A program made the translations under genes and the position numbers. The notes beneath the pieces were generated by a model, which was not told the DNA's origin, did no database searches, and worked only from the letters and a program-made list of their open reading frames with translations. DNA of 64,000 bases from an uncultured Acidobacteriota bacterium (GTDB lineage Bacteria; Acidobacteriota; Blastocatellia; RBC074). Shown here in pieces: positions 21,971 to 33,759 of this stretch (positions are counted from its first letter, which is position 1; every line of letters begins with the position of its first letter). The stretch spans positions 1,792,001 through 1,856,000 of the forward strand of contig CAWCKY010000006.1 of NCBI GenBank assembly GCA_963796275.1. Reading direction: 5' to 3'.

Positions 21971-23414
21971 ATGAAACGTTTATTCATCGTTCTGCTCATA
22001 ATGCTGACTGCGGCTGCGGCAGTGAGCAGGAAGCGGAACGACGCCGCGAGTGTGACTTTCAGCAAAGACGTCGCGCCGATCATCTTCAACAAGTGCGCCA
22101 ACTGCCATCGCTCTGGTGAGGTCGCGCCGATGCCGCTCACCTCATACGCCGAAGCTGCGCCCGTGGAGCAAAGCCATCCGCGAAGAGGTCATCGAACGCT
22201 CGATGCCGCCCTGGTTCGCCGATCCGCACACCTCGACTCTCAAATTCGGCAACGACCGCAGGCTCTCGCAAAAAGAGATCGATACCATCGTCGCCTGGGT
22301 CGACGCCGGGGCGCCGAAAGGCGATGACAAAGACCTCCCGCCGTTTCCGAAATACACTCCCGGCTGGACGTTCGGCGAGCCTGATATGGTGATCGAGATG
22401 CCGGTTGATTTCGAGGTTCCGGCGGAAGGCGAACTGCCGATGCAGAATTTTTACGCGCCGGTTCCCTTTACGGAAGAACGATGGGTCGAAAAGGTCGAAC
22501 TGCGTCCGGGCAATCCGGCGGTCGTGCATCATTCAATCGCCAACGTGGTCAAACTGCCGGAAGGAACAAAGATCGTGGACGGCAAGGCTGTCCGCGCGGA
22601 TGGCGCGGCCGCCGGTAGGCTCAACAGCCAATCGGCGCGCGAGACCGGAGGATTGAGCGAAGGCGGATCGCGTGAAGTGTTCTTGAGCCAGGATTCGTTC
22701 ACACGCGCCGGCGCGTTCAAGCTCGTCGGACAGGCTCCGGGCAAGGGATTCGAGCAGCATTACCCCGGCACCGCCAAGCGCATCCTGCCGGGGATGTACG
22801 TACAGTTCAATATGCATTACCAGCCGAGCGGACGTTCTGAAAAAGACCGCTCGCGCCTCGGTCTCTGGTTCGCCAAAAAACCAGTGACGCACGAAGTCCT
22901 CACGAAGGGCGTCAGCGACACGATCTACATTGGTGGCAAGGAACTGAGTGAAACCCGCACGATCAACGGCAAGGAAGTCAAAGTGCGAGGCCGCATTCCC
23001 AACATCCCGCCGAACGTTGACAACTGGGAGATCGGCGGCGAAGTGACGATCAAGGATGCGATCACGCTCTACGCCTTCGCGCCGCACATGCACCTGCGCG
23101 GCAAAGACATCAAATACACGCTCGTCTGGCCCGACGGTCGCCGGCAGGTGCTGCTCGACGTGCCGAAGTTCGACTTCAACTGGCAACTCCATTACGAGCT
23201 TGCCGAACCGCTGAAGATTCCCGCAGGCAGTAAACTGATCTCCCTCGCCCACTACGATAACTCGATCAAGAACCGCTACAACCCGGCGCCCGACAAAGAA
23301 GTATTCTGGAGCGAGCAGAGCTGGGATGAGATGTTCATCCCGTGGTTCGAGTACACGGTGGACAGTAAAGTTTTGACGAAACCCGGCGTCACTCAAAGCG
23401 CGAGCAAACAATAA
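21971..23414 (+). pseudogene. Second heme c + PHM-like monooxygenase with a single +1 frameshift near 22155
   Basis: CANCH, VHH, NMHY, PHMH, DEM. Removing C22155 restores YAEVRPW as in the paralog (YKEVRPW). May be a sequencing error. Confidence 0.8.
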
Positions 23415-23440
23415 AAGCCGGCTGGTTAACGGAGGTATTT

Positions 23441-24418
23441 ATGATGAGTGTACTGCAAGCGATTGCGCTAACTTCCGCAATGCTTACAGGGGGAGTAGAA
23501 CCGGCGGCGGCCGCCAGATGTTTTATTCCTGTCAGCGTATTAGAAGAACTCGAAAAGTCCGACGCCGTCTTCGCGGGTAAAGTCATCGCCGAAGAATACC
23601 GCCCTCTGAAGACGTCTACGGACAAGGGCGAAGTTTTAACCGTCAAGTTTGCCGTTGGGAATTGGTGGAAAGGCGGAAAGAGCGAAGAAGTGATTCTGTA
23701 TACCTCGAAAATCAGCTATTCAACAGGAATTCAGTTCATGGTCGAGGACTTTCATTTCACCGTGGGTGAGCGCTATCTGGTCTATGCGTCCGGCGCGCCA
23801 GACAATCTAAAAACCAATGGTTGCAGGAGAACGAAGAAGCTGGAAACAGCGGATGAGGACCTGCAAAAGCTTGGCGAAGGCAAGGCGCCTGAACCGCTGC
23901 TCCAACAACTTGCACAGCAACCTTCCCGGCCTACTGATCCGAACGATCCGATGCCGCCGCCGAATATGGATTACTTCGTCGGCGCATGGACCTTTGACTG
24001 GAATGTGCCTGAATCGCCGCTCGGCCCAGCAGGGAAGTTGAAAGGCAAAGAGACGTACAAGAAGACGTCCGACGGCGATTACGAAAGCGAGATCGAAGGC
24101 GAGGGCCCGCAGGGGGCTTTCAAAGGGCGCGCGACCACCAATTACAACGAGAAGGAGAGGTCAGTCACGCGTTCCGAGACGGGATTGTTCGGCGCGTCGA
24201 TCGTCAAGACCGGGCCAATTGGCGGCGACCTCGGCGGGTATTACACGATTTACTGGGAGACGCAGCCCATCAAAAAAGACGGCAAGACGATCAAACTGAA
24301 AGGCAAGACGCTGATGCTCTCGCCGGCCAATTACCGGTTGCAGGTTCAGATCTCGGTTGACGGCGGGCCGTATGCCAATTTCGGCAGCCCGTGGTTCCGC
24401 AAGTTTGAAGACAAATGA
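23441..24418 (+). CDS. Exported fusion: TIMP/NTR-like N-terminal domain plus DUF1579-like beta-barrel domain
   Basis: Cys right after the signal peptide, [26 protein letters not shown]; then [10 protein letters not shown]...ISVDGGPY. Confidence 0.6.
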   Translation: MMSVLQAIALTSAMLTGGVEPAAAARCFIPVSVLEELEKSDAVFAGKVIAEEYRPLKTSTDKGEVLTVKFAVGNWWKGGKSEEVILYTSKISYSTGIQFMVEDFHFTVGERYLVYASGAPDNLKTNGCRRTKKLETADEDLQKLGEGKAPEPLLQQLAQQPSRPTDPNDPMPPPNMDYFVGAWTFDWNVPESPLGPAGKLKGKETYKKTSDGDYESEIEGEGPQGAFKGRATTNYNEKERSVTRSETGLFGASIVKTGPIGGDLGGYYTIYWETQPIKKDGKTIKLKGKTLMLSPANYRLQVQISVDGGPYANFGSPWFRKFEDK

Positions 24419-24543
24419 AACCATAGACAATTCGGGTCGGTACCGCGGGCGGTAGCGAGAATAACTCCCTGAGGCGCATTTTCGCCGAAGTCATACTCGT
24501 TACCGCTCGCGGCGCTGCCTCGGTGTCCGATAGAGCAAATCCA

Positions 24544-26457
24544 ATGAAAGCGCCAAGCAAGATCCTCGTCGCAAGTTTGTTCTCCGTAATCCTGTTTTCC
24601 TCGCTCCTCTTCCACGCCGTCTCTTTGCGCTTTGAGAGCAGCGCCACTTCCATCGGAGAAGCCGCGCCGCAGCGACAAGCGCCCGCCACTTCTCCTGAGG
24701 GTGCTGAACTGTACAAGCAAAAATGCTCGGTCTGCCACGACAACCCGCAGGATCGCATTCCGCCGCTGTTCCTCATCCGCCGGCGCTCGGCGGAAGATGT
24801 GGTCATGACCCTGACCTCAGGCTCGATGAAGCAGCAGGCGGCGGGTTTGACCGCTGAGCAGATTCACGCCTTGGCGATTCACTTGACCGGTAAAGCGCCA
24901 GGCCCCCCGATCGAAGAGAACATGGGAGCAAACCGATGCGCGGGAGCTGCGGCGCCGATAAATCTGAAAGGGCCGCAATGGAACGGCTGGGGCATCGATC
25001 TCGACAACTCCCGCTTCCAGCCGAAGCCGGGTATCAGGGCCGAGGACGTTCCGAGGTTGAAGGTCAAATGGGCATGGGCGCATCCTGGGCCGATGGCGAC
25101 AGGTCAGCCGACCGTCATAGGCGACCGCCTCTACCTGACCATCGAAGCGGGGATTGTCGTCAGCTTGAACGCGCAAACCGGCTGCACCTACTGGGCGATG
25201 CAGCCGGGCGCGGCGGTGCGCGCCGCCGTCAGCGTGGGGCCTCTCCCAACCGGACCGAGGTCTTCCGGATCGAAGGCCAAATACGCAGTCTATTTCGGCG
25301 ATGAGAAATCGAACGTTCAGGCGCTGGACGCCGACACAGGCAAGCTGCTCTGGAAGACAAAAGTCGAAGACCATTTTCTCTCTCGCATTACCGGCGCGCC
25401 CACGCTCTATCGTAATCGCCTCTACGTGCCGGTCTCCTCGTTCGAAGAGACGGCCGGACGCGATCCTAAATATGAATGCTGCACCTTTCGCGGCAGTCTC
25501 CTCGCGCTCGACGCTTACACTGGGAAAATAATCTGGAAGAGTTTCACAGTTCAGCAGGAACCGAAGCCTTTCAAGAAGAATTCCGTCGGAACGCAGATGT
25601 ATGGCCCCGCGGGCGGCGCGATCTGGTCTGCGCCAACCATCGATCCGAAGCGCGGGTTGATCTACGTCGGCACTGGCAATTCCTACACCGACGTCGAGAC
25701 CAGGCATACGGACGCGATCGTGGCGTTCGAGATGAAAACGGGCAAGATTAAATGGGTGAACCAGGTTAGCGCCAAAGACAACTTTCTGGTCGGTTGTCGC
25801 CAACCGGGCGTCGGCAACTGCCCTGATCATGCAGGGCCTGATCACGATTTCGGCAGTTCGCCGGTTTTGCGCAAGTTGCCCAACGGCAGACAAATTCTTT
25901 TAGGCGGCCAGAAATCCGGTGTGATGTGGGCGTTCGATCCGGACAATAATGGCAAGGTCTTGTGGCAGGTGAAAGTTGGCGGCGGCGGCGCCCTGGGCGG
26001 CATCGAATGGGGCTTCGCGGCTGACGCGGAGAACGTCTACATTCCGGTCGCCGACCCTTTCGGAGGGGAGACTCGCAAACCCGGACTGACCGCTCTGAAG
26101 ATCGCAACAGGGGAGCGGCTTTGGAACATCCCCGCGCCTCCGGCGAAATGCGATTGGGGCGCGACTCGCTGCAACAACTCGCAATCGGCCGCGGCGACGG
26201 TCATTCCTGGCGTGGTCTTTTCAGGCACGGCAGATGGGCGCCTGCGCGCTTATTCGACCAAAGACGGCGCGATCATCTGGGTCGTCGACACTGCGCAACA
26301 GATCGCCACAGTCAACGCCGGGCGGGCGAAGGGCGGCACGCTTGACGGCGGCGGGCCGACCATAGCCAACGGCGTCCTTTACACAAATTCCGGCTACGGC
26401 CGCCTCATCGGGCACCCTGGCAATCTGTTGCTGGCCTTCACAGTGGATGGCAAATAG
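24544..26457 (+). CDS. Quinohemoprotein: cytochrome c + PQQ beta-propeller, polyvinyl-alcohol-dehydrogenase-like
   Basis: [50 protein letters not shown]. Confidence 0.85.
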   Translation: MKAPSKILVASLFSVILFSSLLFHAVSLRFESSATSIGEAAPQRQAPATSPEGAELYKQKCSVCHDNPQDRIPPLFLIRRRSAEDVVMTLTSGSMKQQAAGLTAEQIHALAIHLTGKAPGPPIEENMGANRCAGAAAPINLKGPQWNGWGIDLDNSRFQPKPGIRAEDVPRLKVKWAWAHPGPMATGQPTVIGDRLYLTIEAGIVVSLNAQTGCTYWAMQPGAAVRAAVSVGPLPTGPRSSGSKAKYAVYFGDEKSNVQALDADTGKLLWKTKVEDHFLSRITGAPTLYRNRLYVPVSSFEETAGRDPKYECCTFRGSLLALDAYTGKIIWKSFTVQQEPKPFKKNSVGTQMYGPAGGAIWSAPTIDPKRGLIYVGTGNSYTDVETRHTDAIVAFEMKTGKIKWVNQVSAKDNFLVGCRQPGVGNCPDHAGPDHDFGSSPVLRKLPNGRQILLGGQKSGVMWAFDPDNNGKVLWQVKVGGGGALGGIEWGFAADAENVYIPVADPFGGETRKPGLTALKIATGERLWNIPAPPAKCDWGATRCNNSQSAAATVIPGVVFSGTADGRLRAYSTKDGAIIWVVDTAQQIATVNAGRAKGGTLDGGGPTIANGVLYTNSGYGRLIGHPGNLLLAFTVDGK

Positions 26458-26814
26458 TATTCATCATCGGGGTCTGAACGAACAGCGGTGCCGCGAAGCG
26501 ATTCAGGCTTATTACGCCTCGATCACGTCGCGCCACGAATCGCACATTTGAGTTACTGGATATTTATCCAACACGTCGCTCGCCGGAGACGGTTTAGGAT
26601 AGTTCGAGCAACTCGGCGCACAGGCGTAATCGCCCAGACGAGAGCCAGCCGTTCTTTGCCGTCTGAGCATTACTGGTAGAACAATCACCACGAACCAATA
26701 CTGACGCCGCATTTCTGGCGGTTCCATTAACAGCCTACGAGCGAAGGGACGAACAAGTATCCAAAGATGAGAGCTCGTTCGACCTTGCTTGCGATAAATT
26801 ATGGAGGCCCATCA

Positions 26815-29656
26815 ATGCCTATTCGAAAACTAACAATTCTCCTAAAGACCGTCATGACCTTCACTTGCGCCGGCTTGGTCCTGGCGCAGACATCGGCGGG
26901 CAGTATTCGCGGCTCCGTCACCGACCAGACGGGCTCTGTTCTGCCTAACGCCACGGTTACCGTCAAGAATCTCGATACCAACAGTGATCGTAAACTGACA
27001 ACCAATGACGACGGGCTATACAACGCCGACAACCTCCTGCCCGGCGTTTACGAGGTGGGAGTCGAAGTCCGGGGGTTTCAACGCTCCATCAAACGGGTCA
27101 CCGTGCTCACCGGCAACACGCACACTGCCGATTTCTCGTTAACCATCGGCGCCAGCAACGAGACGGTGACCATTACGTCGGAGGCGGCGCAGGTCAATAC
27201 GAACGACTACAAGATTGATGGCGTCATCACCAGAGAGCGTATCGATGCGCTGCCGCTCAACGGGCGGAATTTCCTTGAATTGGGGCAGATGGAGCCGGGC
27301 GTTTCCGTCACGATCACTGGGAACCCAGGTGGCTCCGCCAATAGTTTTACACAGGTCAGTGTGGCTGGCGCCGGAGCTGGTTTGACTCGCATCACGGTCG
27401 ATGGAGGCAATGTCGGCGACCGCGTCACCGGCGGGTCGGCCACAAACTTCTCGCAGGAGTCGGTCCAGGAGTTCCAGATCTCGACCTTCAACTTCGACCT
27501 CTCCACGGGAGTGACTTCGACCGGTGCGGTCAACATCATTTCCCGAACCGGCACAAACGCTTATCACGGCAGCGGGTTCTTTTTCTTCCGCGACCACAAT
27601 ATGGCGGCCTACCCGAATCTCAGGCGGAGCGCCGCCAATCCGGCCCCCTTCTTCGCCCGACGCCAGGGTGGGTTCTCACTGGGCGGCCCCGTCAAAAAAG
27701 ACAAGCTCTTCTGGTTCACCAATTTTGAATATGGCAATCAACTAGGCGTAGCAGAGGTCTCCCACCTGACGACTGTAGGCGACGGAGGGGCCTTCGCGGC
27801 CAATTTCAACCACAACGGCGAATTGCCTCTTCGGAATAAGCTCTTCAACGCGCGACTCGACTACAAGGTGAACGACAGGCACAACACCTTCCTGCGCTAC
27901 AGCGAAGACCATAGCAAACTACGGCAGTTCACAGCCGTCAACGAATCGTCCGGCTCCACCAGCGAAAACAACGCTTACAACGCGGTGCTGGGCCTCACCA
28001 GTGTCCTTTCGGCGAGCTTGGTAAACGATGTCCGTTTCAACTACAACTTTCTCGCGAGCGCGCTCGGCGCCCCCGGCCCTGAGGATTGCGCCGGCTCAAT
28101 CGGCTGCCTTGGCGCGCTGGGGCCGCAATTCAATGTCGGAGGTGTCGGTTTCAGGATCGGGGTCGCCAGCGGATTGCCGACCGATCGCGCCAACCGAACC
28201 TACCAGGTCACCGATACGGTCAGCTGGTCGAAGGGCGCGCATCGCATCCGCTTCGGCGGCGAATTTGAGAAGTATGTGCGGTTCGGCTCGTTAGCCACGA
28301 ACGACACAGGAACAATAAATCTTTTCGGACCTGAACAAGTGCGTGTCCAGAATCCGACTCTCTACGCCGCCCTCCCAGCAAGTTTGAAGAGTCCGGCGGC
28401 CGGGCCGATCTCCTTGGCGGACATCCTGAGTCTACCCGTCCAGACCTTCTCGATCGGGGTCGGAGATCCGGGTTCCCCCGCGCCCTTCAATCTCGAGAGT
28501 GCGCGCCGCACCAACCGCTATCGCCTTTTCTTCCAGGATGGCTGGCAGGTCCGCCCGAATTTCACATTCAATTTCGGCATGGCTTGGGCCTACGAATCCA
28601 ATCTCCGGAATTACGACTTACCCAAGCCTCAATGGCTGGCACCGCTTATAGGAGATGGGGAAAATCTGGAGGCGCCTGGCCGAGAGTACAAGAACTTTTC
28701 TCCCGCCATTGGCTTCGCATGGTCGATGGGCAAGGAGAAAAAGACTGTGATTCGCGGCGGATCGGGAATTTATTTCGATTCAGATCTGGGGTCCAATCGC
28801 ATCGCGGAGCGGCGCATCCTCGGCCCGTCGGGCAATGGCCGCGTGGTCATTGACGGCACGGGAATCGCGAATCCGCTCTTAGGTCAGGCGGATCAACCTT
28901 CGACACTGAGCCCCACGGCGACACCTACGACCTTAACCGGGCAACAAGTAGTGAACCTGATCCCACAGATCAAAGCCGCGGAGACTGCGCGGTTCGGTCT
29001 GCTTGGAGATCTTTCAGTTCGAAATATCGAGTTGCTTAAGTCCACGGGGACTGGTCAGGCCATCTCCCCTACGCGGCCTACTCAACGGATGGCAGTTCTC
29101 GACGATCAATCAATTCCAAAGTTCTCCGCCCTCCAATCCGAACATCGCGATCGACGTGGACGGGGAGGGGACGTCCATTTACACCTTGCCTGGGATCGGT
29201 TGGAATGGTTTCGGGCGAAACGCTAACCCCGACGACATACGGAAAGCGGTCGAAACGTACAACGCCGACGTGCTGGCGCGGAGCAACCCCCTGCCCGCTA
29301 ACGCGACCGCCGAGCACCGGGCGGCCTGTACTCTGGTTGTAAATGGCCGGACGCTTTGTGCCCCCAGGACACCACGTAACCAGGTCTACCCGCTGATCAA
29401 CTTACCTGCGGCCTTCTCCAACGGGGACACATTCATCACAAACGATCTCCGCGTCACTCGGATCATCAAGCTCGGGGAAAAGGTCAGGCTGGCGCTGATC
29501 GGCGAGGGCTTCAACATTTTCAATATCGCAAATCTCGCCGGCTATAACGAGGACCTGCAATCGGCGAACTTCGGAACTCCCACCACTCGGACGAATCAGG
29601 TTTTTGGTTCGGGCGGCCCGCGCGCTTTCCAGATCGCCGCAAGACTGAACTTCTGA
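26815..29656 (+). pseudogene. TonB-dependent receptor (carboxypeptidase-regulatory N-domain type) with internal deletion and frameshift near 29064
   Basis: LPLNGRNFLEL and VQEFQI motifs in the first frame; the terminal PRAFQIAARLNF is in another frame. A barrel segment present in the intact receptor at 41398-45210 is absent. Confidence 0.8.
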
Positions 29657-29688
29657 ACGTGTGACCAGGTTTTGTTGACACAAAAAAT

Positions 29689-29758
29689 TGGAGTTGACCC
29701 GATCTGGTGGACACCTCATGATTTGAAATAAAGTGTTCACCAAATCGGGTCCAATGCA
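29689..29758. mobile_element. 70-bp MITE-like relic with IS3-family-like terminal inverted repeats
   Basis: TG..CA ends; TGGAGTTGACCCGATCTGGTGGACAC versus reverse complement TGCATTGGACCCGATTTGGTGAACAC (21/26 identical). A further IS-end-like sequence lies at 29654-29681. Confidence 0.6.
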
Positions 29759-30009
29759 AGAAGATTCTGGATGTTGAAAATACCCGATATAATTGTAGCT
29801 GCCTCCGGAGGCATTTTCGCTTATCTCAAACCTGGTATTTTTGTCAGTGATCGCGGGCGCAATCTCAAGCGCCTGTATTCTTTTAGATGGGATTAACCCT
29901 GGTGGCCAATTGAGAAATACTCACTAGACGATGAAGTCGTTTGCTCTACACGTTGCGTCTCTTTACTGCCACCTCATTCATCCAATTTCCATCGGCCTTT
30001 CAACGATCG

Positions 30010-31854
30010 TTATTTGAAAGCCGCGATAGGATTTTTCAGGGTGCCCGCGAATTTCAGACAGCTGACGGGATCAGGATCGGTCAGATCGATCATTTGCTGA
30101 TGATTGGCCAGCTGCAGCCTGTTTAAGCAAGATCGTATGAACTCAGGCGCGAAAAGGTCGTAACGTGCGAATTTATCCTTCAATTCTGGATGTAATCGCT
30201 GATACTCCAGTACACACTTAGCTACCTGTTCCCAGAACCGCGTTTCAGGGTAGTCGCTGTGCTCAATCAGTATTTGCGCCATGTATCGAAAGATACAATC
30301 GAAAACATCGATGAAGATGGATAGTGTTTTCAGTTCTTCCGGGACCGATATTGACAGGCGTTGTATGTTTTCGGGCAGCTTAATCTCGGTATTCATTACG
30401 CCCGTCTCCTCCGCGATGTCCTTCAGAATCGCGCGCACAGGCACGTTATTCTGTAATACCAGTATCAGGTTTTCACAGTGAGGCATAAAGACCATGTCGT
30501 ACGCATAAAAACAATGTAACAAGGGGCTCAGGTAACAGCTCAGATATTGCTGGAGCCAGCTGGTTGTGCTCGTTCCGGATGATTTAATCAATTCCGGCAA
30601 CAACGCCGTCCCGTCACGGTCAATGTGGAGAAGGGAAGCCATTGTCATGAGACGTTGACCCGGTTGTATCGTCGGCACCGGGCTTTCACGCCAGAGAACT
30701 GCCAGCATTTTCTTATAGGGGCTGCTGCCTTTCACGGCCTTTTCGTAATAGACATTCTGATAACCCACGGTGGCGACTTCGCGCAGTATGCTGAATCCCT
30801 TCTCCTGAAGATAGGCGTCCTCCTCAATCACCTTGTTTATCCATTCATTGATCTCTGGTGTCGTGCGCATATAGTAAGGGGAAAGACCACGCATGAATCC
30901 CATGTTCAGTATGGATAGCGATGTTTTTACATAGAATTTGTGTGGGTTGCTGATATTAAAAAATGTTCGGATAGATTGCTGCGCCAGGTACTCATCCTTG
31001 CTGAACCCTAGGCACACCAGATTACGAGAAGCGATATCAGGTGCAAATATCATGGCCAATTTGTGATACCACTGCCATGGGTGTACGGGAAAAAGAATAT
31101 AGGAGGCCGGATCCAGTCCTTGCGCTTCCAGTATCTGGTCGAATGATTGCAGTGTGGGTTCATCCAGCTCTTGTCGCAGAATATCTCGGTATGTCAGTCC
31201 CTTGATACTAGAAAATTCGGCTCTGCTCTTGTGTGCGGCAACCCAGATTAGCATTACAGGCGTCGCCGCTTCGGGAGCATAGGCCCTGTAATCGACCGCG
31301 TCGAAACCGATACGACCGTTGTTCGCGACGAATACTGGATGCCCTTCCATCATCGCACTCTCTACCTCCTGAAAACCGGCTCGCGTCAGATCGCCGGCAC
31401 CTGGTCCCTCCTTCGCATGCTTGAATGCGCTGCCATATAGAGTGCTGGTGATCTCTTCCATATATGTTGGAAGCATAGCCGGGGGAATCCCCAGGCTCTC
31501 GCTGAATTCGATGATAAAGTTGAGGGAATCCAGCGGCTCTCTCTTGTCACCGACGAATTTTTCGATCGAGTCTTTATCGATATACCAGTGATCCAGACTG
31601 AGCTTCCGCGCGCGAAAACGATATTCAATATTAGGCAGGTCGGCAGACAACACATAGTTGCCCCATCCGCCTTTAGAATATTGCAGCTTGGGATGTATCA
31701 ATAATTCGTGCGCAAATTCACTGATGGCCTTGCGAATGTGCAACGCATTTACTTTAGCCCATAATTCGGGTCGGAGATTGATCGCTGCCAGTTCGGGGGA
31801 CGATTCAATGGATGTTTTCATTTGAAGATTTCTTGTTGTTGTTGTTAGATTCAT
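30010..31854 (-). CDS. desD: NRPS-independent siderophore synthetase, IucA/IucC family (DesD/AlcC-like)
   Basis: EGHPVFVANNGRIGF, PVHPWQW, QQSIRTF, NMGFMRGLS, FMPHCEN, KDIAEE. The start may be 31821. Confidence 0.9.
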   Translation of the reverse strand: MNLTTTTRNLQMKTSIESSPELAAINLRPELWAKVNALHIRKAISEFAHELLIHPKLQYSKGGWGNYVLSADLPNIEYRFRARKLSLDHWYIDKDSIEKFVGDKREPLDSLNFIIEFSESLGIPPAMLPTYMEEITSTLYGSAFKHAKEGPGAGDLTRAGFQEVESAMMEGHPVFVANNGRIGFDAVDYRAYAPEAATPVMLIWVAAHKSRAEFSSIKGLTYRDILRQELDEPTLQSFDQILEAQGLDPASYILFPVHPWQWYHKLAMIFAPDIASRNLVCLGFSKDEYLAQQSIRTFFNISNPHKFYVKTSLSILNMGFMRGLSPYYMRTTPEINEWINKVIEEDAYLQEKGFSILREVATVGYQNVYYEKAVKGSSPYKKMLAVLWRESPVPTIQPGQRLMTMASLLHIDRDGTALLPELIKSSGTSTTSWLQQYLSCYLSPLLHCFYAYDMVFMPHCENLILVLQNNVPVRAILKDIAEETGVMNTEIKLPENIQRLSISVPEELKTLSIFIDVFDCIFRYMAQILIEHSDYPETRFWEQVAKCVLEYQRLHPELKDKFARYDLFAPEFIRSCLNRLQLANHQQMIDLTDPDPVSCLKFAGTLKNPIAAFK

Positions 31855-32428
31855 ATTGTTCTCTAGTGCAAAACCCCAGATATGCTGTTTTATTGGGTAA
31901 ATCGATTATTTGTTGATACTCGAACCCCGCCCGCTTGTTCAGAATATGTATCTTTTCGTTTCTGACATCCGGTTCTACTACTATTCGGCTCACTCTTGCA
32001 TCACTGAACATGAACTCCATGAGCACGGTAAATACATGCCAGGTGAAATTGGAAATAGGCTGATTCGGAGGTGCAACGAGGATGTGCATCCCGTAATCTC
32101 CCGGTTGAACATCGTAGAATTTACCGACTTGATCCTCCATCGCCCGGTAACATTCGAGGAGAAATACAGGCTTGCCATCGTAAATGCCCAGAAAAACCCG
32201 CGAATGTTCAAGTATCTTTATATAGGCTGCTTCCACCTCTTCTATTGAGCTACCCTGCATTCCCCAGTATTTTGCATACTCCCTGGTCACCCAACCATGT
32301 ATAAGCGGAATGTCATCCGGCATATGTAAATGGCGTAGGTGGAAATCTCCCAAGCCCGGGACATGTTTATTAAATATAAACTCGCTCAAACTCTCCGTGC
32401 GCTCCGTGATTGTTTGCTTGTTTTCCAT
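31805..32428 (-). CDS. desC: Siderophore N-acyltransferase (DesC/AlcB-like GNAT)
   Basis: HGWV..YWGM, DYGMHILVAP, RIVVEPDVRN. Confidence 0.88.
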   Translation of the reverse strand: MENKQTITERTESLSEFIFNKHVPGLGDFHLRHLHMPDDIPLIHGWVTREYAKYWGMQGSSIEEVEAAYIKILEHSRVFLGIYDGKPVFLLECYRAMEDQVGKFYDVQPGDYGMHILVAPPNQPISNFTWHVFTVLMEFMFSDARVSRIVVEPDVRNEKIHILNKRAGFEYQQIIDLPNKTAYLGFCTREQYESNNNNKKSSNENIH

Positions 32429-33759
32429 TCTTGTATGTTTTGATTGGGCTCAATACAATTGGCCTCCTCATCAAGAGCGGCAAACCGCTGGAAAGCAATC
32501 TTTCCTTCGATCGGGTAATACTCTTTGCCGGTTATTTCTTTGATGATGTAAGAATTACGGTAACAGGCCATGCCTAAATCGGGTGTTACGAACCCATGAG
32601 TGTGGAGCTCCGCATTCTGGACGTAGATTTCGGAGCCATTCTTGTCGATACTATAGTTCCGGTTGACATCAAATCGCCCTTTCTCGTCCCATTTAATACG
32701 TGAGGAAATCCTGTCTATAAAAGCCGGAATCTGATAGGTATACCCTGTAGCTAATACCAGGCCTTCCGTGGAATGTTGGTAGTATTTACCCTCTTCTCGT
32801 TGATGAAATTCCAATTTAAAAATGTTATCAGCTACATTGAAGTCCACATTCATCAGCTCGGAGCTGGTACGCAGAGTTATTTTGATGTCGTTAGTAAGGC
32901 TTTTCGTGTAAAGCAGATCATATATGTCATTGATCAAATCAAAGTTGATCCCCTTATACAGCTGCTTATGCTCTTTCACCATTTGATCTCTTCTTTGAGA
33001 GGGCAGGGCATAGAAATAATCCACATACTCCGGCGAGGTCATCTCCAACGTCAGCTTGCTGTATTCCAAGGGGAAGAACCTGGGCGAGCGGGTGATCCAG
33101 TTAAGTTCGTAGCCGTACTTATCGATCTCTTGCAGGAGGTCGTAGTAGATCTCGGCTGCGCTTTGCCCGCTACCGAGCACCGTAATAGACTTTTTCCCTT
33201 GAAGTCTCTGCTTGTGATCAAGGTAAGAAGCCGAGTGGACAGGATCGCCGAGCAGGTCTTTGCAACAAGCCGGCACATAGGGAACGGTACCGGTTCCCAG
33301 CACAAGCTTCCTCCCTCTGTAGATGTTAGTCTTACCGCTCACAGCACATTTTGCGATAATGACATAACATTTCTGTTCTTCAGAGTATTCTATATGCTCG
33401 ACTTGCGTATTAAATCGAATGTTGGATAGCCTGGTTGCCGCCCACTGGCAGTACCTGTTGAATTCGTTTCGCAGTAAAAAAAAGTTCTGCCTGATGTAGA
33501 ACGAGTATATCCGCCCCTGTTCCTTGGTATAGTTTAAAAAACTGAACGGACTCGTCGGGTCAGCCAATGTCACCAGGTCCGCCATGAACGGTACCTGTAA
33601 CGTGCTATCCTGCAAAAGCATTCCGGGATGCCAATTGAAACTTTCTCTTTTATCCAGAAATAAGCCATTCAATTCATCGATAGGCTCGGAAAGGCATGCC
33701 AGGCCCAGGTTGAATGGCCCGACGCCTATGCCGACAAAGTCATATATTTCATCATTCAT
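32386..33759 (-). CDS. desB: Lysine/diamine N-hydroxylase (DesB/AlcA-like flavoprotein)
   Basis: GIGVGPFNL, WHPGMLL, GSGQSAAE, LATGY, PDLGMACYRN. Confidence 0.9.
   Translation of the reverse strand: MNDEIYDFVGIGVGPFNLGLACLSEPIDELNGLFLDKRESFNWHPGMLLQDSTLQVPFMADLVTLADPTSPFSFLNYTKEQGRIYSFYIRQNFFLLRNEFNRYCQWAATRLSNIRFNTQVEHIEYSEEQKCYVIIAKCAVSGKTNIYRGRKLVLGTGTVPYVPACCKDLLGDPVHSASYLDHKQRLQGKKSITVLGSGQSAAEIYYDLLQEIDKYGYELNWITRSPRFFPLEYSKLTLEMTSPEYVDYFYALPSQRRDQMVKEHKQLYKGINFDLINDIYDLLYTKSLTNDIKITLRTSSELMNVDFNVADNIFKLEFHQREEGKYYQHSTEGLVLATGYTYQIPAFIDRISSRIKWDEKGRFDVNRNYSIDKNGSEIYVQNAELHTHGFVTPDLGMACYRNSYIIKEITGKEYYPIEGKIAFQRFAALDEEANCIEPNQNIQEWKTSKQSRSARRV

Noticed and set aside
24440-24454. Possible third copy of the TetR-type operator (TACCGCGGGCGGTA)
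   Set aside because: Half-site spacing is 6 rather than 4 and the flanks differ.
26460-26760. Short ORFs between the PQQ enzyme and the TonB receptor
   Set aside because: Possibly a gene remnant, but nothing I can identify or support.
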